A stretch of 64,000 nt of DNA, from the NCBI GenBank assembly GCA_040880465.1, contig JBBDIK010000007.1:40342-104341 (forward strand). The letters run 5' to 3'. The notes under the pieces are model-generated. The model ran no database searches. It was given only the letters and a program-made list of their open reading frames with translations, and was not told the DNA's origin. Origin of the DNA: Actinomycetota bacterium (GTDB taxonomy: Bacteria; Actinomycetota; UBA4738; JBBDHU01). Position 1 is the stretch's first letter, and each line of letters begins with the position of its first letter. Positions 63,203-64,000 of this stretch are shown one piece after another. Position numbers and translations under genes: made by a program.

Positions 63203-63571
63203 ATGCGTGTCGCTCGCCTCGCCATCTCACTCGCCGCCGGCCTCGGGCTGCTCCTCCTCGACGCACCTGCAGTCGACGCCCACAACGTGAAGGCGAACGC
63301 GAACGCGACCATCACGGGGACCAGCGTCAACGGTGGGACCATGACCGTCGACGTCAGGGTGCGCATCAAGAACCGAGCGCGGAAGAAGCGCGACATCGGC
63401 TGCGGCTTCACGATCCGACGCGACGACAACAACACGGCCGTCGGCACCGGCTTCGCTGGCGCGTTCATCCGAGGCGACCGGGCCAAGACCATCGATACCC
63501 AGGTGTTCAAGTCCGATCCCGGTACCAACCAGCTCCACGCCACGATCGATCACTGCCACACGTACAACTGA
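63203..63571 (+). CDS. small secreted hypothetical protein
   Basis: Signal peptide (LLLLDAPAVDA-HN), 122 aa, two Cys residues. Confidence 0.5.
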   Translation: MRVARLAISLAAGLGLLLLDAPAVDAHNVKANANATITGTSVNGGTMTVDVRVRIKNRARKKRDIGCGFTIRRDDNNTAVGTGFAGAFIRGDRAKTIDTQVFKSDPGTNQLHATIDHCHTYN

Positions 63572-63574
63572 GAT

Positions 63575-64000
63575 CTAGCCGCCCTCCGCGTCCGTGGCGC
63601 CGTACTCCGCAAGCAGCCTGCGCTCCTCGTCCCTCTTCGGGAACCGGAAGAACACGAGCGCCGCACCGAGGACGATCGTGACGATCCCGGCCAGGTAGGC
63701 CCACTTGTCCCCAGCCAGGAACGATGCCTTGGCGGCCGCCTCGATCTGACTCGCATACGCGGGGTGCTGGGCGGCGATCGCCTCCGCCCCAGCGAACGAC
63801 ATCACCAAGCTGTCCCTCGTGGTGCTCGTGACCTCGGCAACTGCCGACGAACCCGCGATCGCCGCGGCCATCGTCGCGACGTATCCTGCCGTCAATACCG
63901 CCCCCATGAGCGACTGCATGATCGCGCCACCGAGGTCTCGTTGCAGGTCCGCCGTCCCCGATGCCATCCCGGCACGGGCGACCGGCACGGAGCTCGTGAG
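63575..64000 (-). CDS. MFS transporter, C-terminal portion only (gene continues past window end)
   Basis: The reading frame is open to the window edge. TM-rich C-terminus with GTADLQRDLGGAIMQSLMGAVL is typical of DHA2-type MFS proteins. Confidence 0.6.
   Translation of the reverse strand, partial: LTSSVPVARAGMASGTADLQRDLGGAIMQSLMGAVLTAGYVATMAAAIAGSSAVAEVTSTTRDSLVMSFAGAEAIAAQHPAYASQIEAAAKASFLAGDKWAYLAGIVTIVLGAALVFFRFPKRDEERRLLAEYGATDAEGG

Overview
Visibly high-GC, gene-dense chromosomal segment (GC not computed). It most likely comes from a deep-branching member of the Actinomycetota. Markers for that assignment: mycothiol glycosyltransferase MshA, a 33-aa bS22-type mini ribosomal protein, Rex, an ECF sigma / RskA-type anti-sigma pair, an orphan GlnR-like regulator, and a glnA ... 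glnE ... glnA2 arrangement. I support about 75 CDS, 3 tRNAs (Lys-UUU, Glu-UUC, Asp-GUC) and a few regulatory sites. I saw no CRISPR array, transposase, integrase or phage genes.

Main blocks:
- 1-7602 (-): a long co-directional respiratory operon, ccdA-resB-resC-ctaC-ctaD-ctaE-ctaF-ctaG' (cytochrome c maturation System II plus a caa3-type oxidase).
- 7767-12547 (+): a divergent, translationally coupled 8-ORF operon for a split-cytochrome-b (b6 + subunit IV) Rieske/cytochrome c complex. It also encodes a 2x[4Fe-4S] ferredoxin and three extra membrane proteins. A perfect Rex operator palindrome sits in the shared promoter region.
- 12581-17205 (-): grx-like, rex, hemA, TolB-like, hemL. This block has a second Rex operator and an apparent hemA 5' frameshift.
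- 17256-24665: sigma/anti-sigma pair, bS22, a Clp1-like P-loop kinase, an SDR, hisD and a small cupredoxin.
- 24777-31726 (-): a six-gene overlapping catabolic operon (ALDH, 2 class-III aminotransferases, CoA-transferase A/B, HDAC-like deacetylase).
- 33600-34430: proC, followed upstream by an 885-nt ORF-free, hairpin-rich region.
- 35315-44199: mshA, HD-GYP plus an RsiG-like coiled-coil protein, an M23 peptidase, an HTH/nucleotidyltransferase pair, sat, and a DAGK-like kinase with a MoaD-like protein.
- 44245-56635: nitrogen block (GlnR-like regulator, glnA, sulfatase, glnE, glnA2, nadE).
- 57458-64000: tRNA-Lys, a 1024-aa multicopper-oxidase/FG-GAP lipoprotein, CapA, DUF192, tRNA-Glu and tRNA-Asp, small membrane/secreted proteins, and a truncated MFS gene.

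The candidate I rank highest as a novel system is the ferredoxin-containing b6c-type complex under predicted Rex control. The large non-coding structured region upstream of proC is second.

All family assignments rest on motif recognition by eye. No database search was run.
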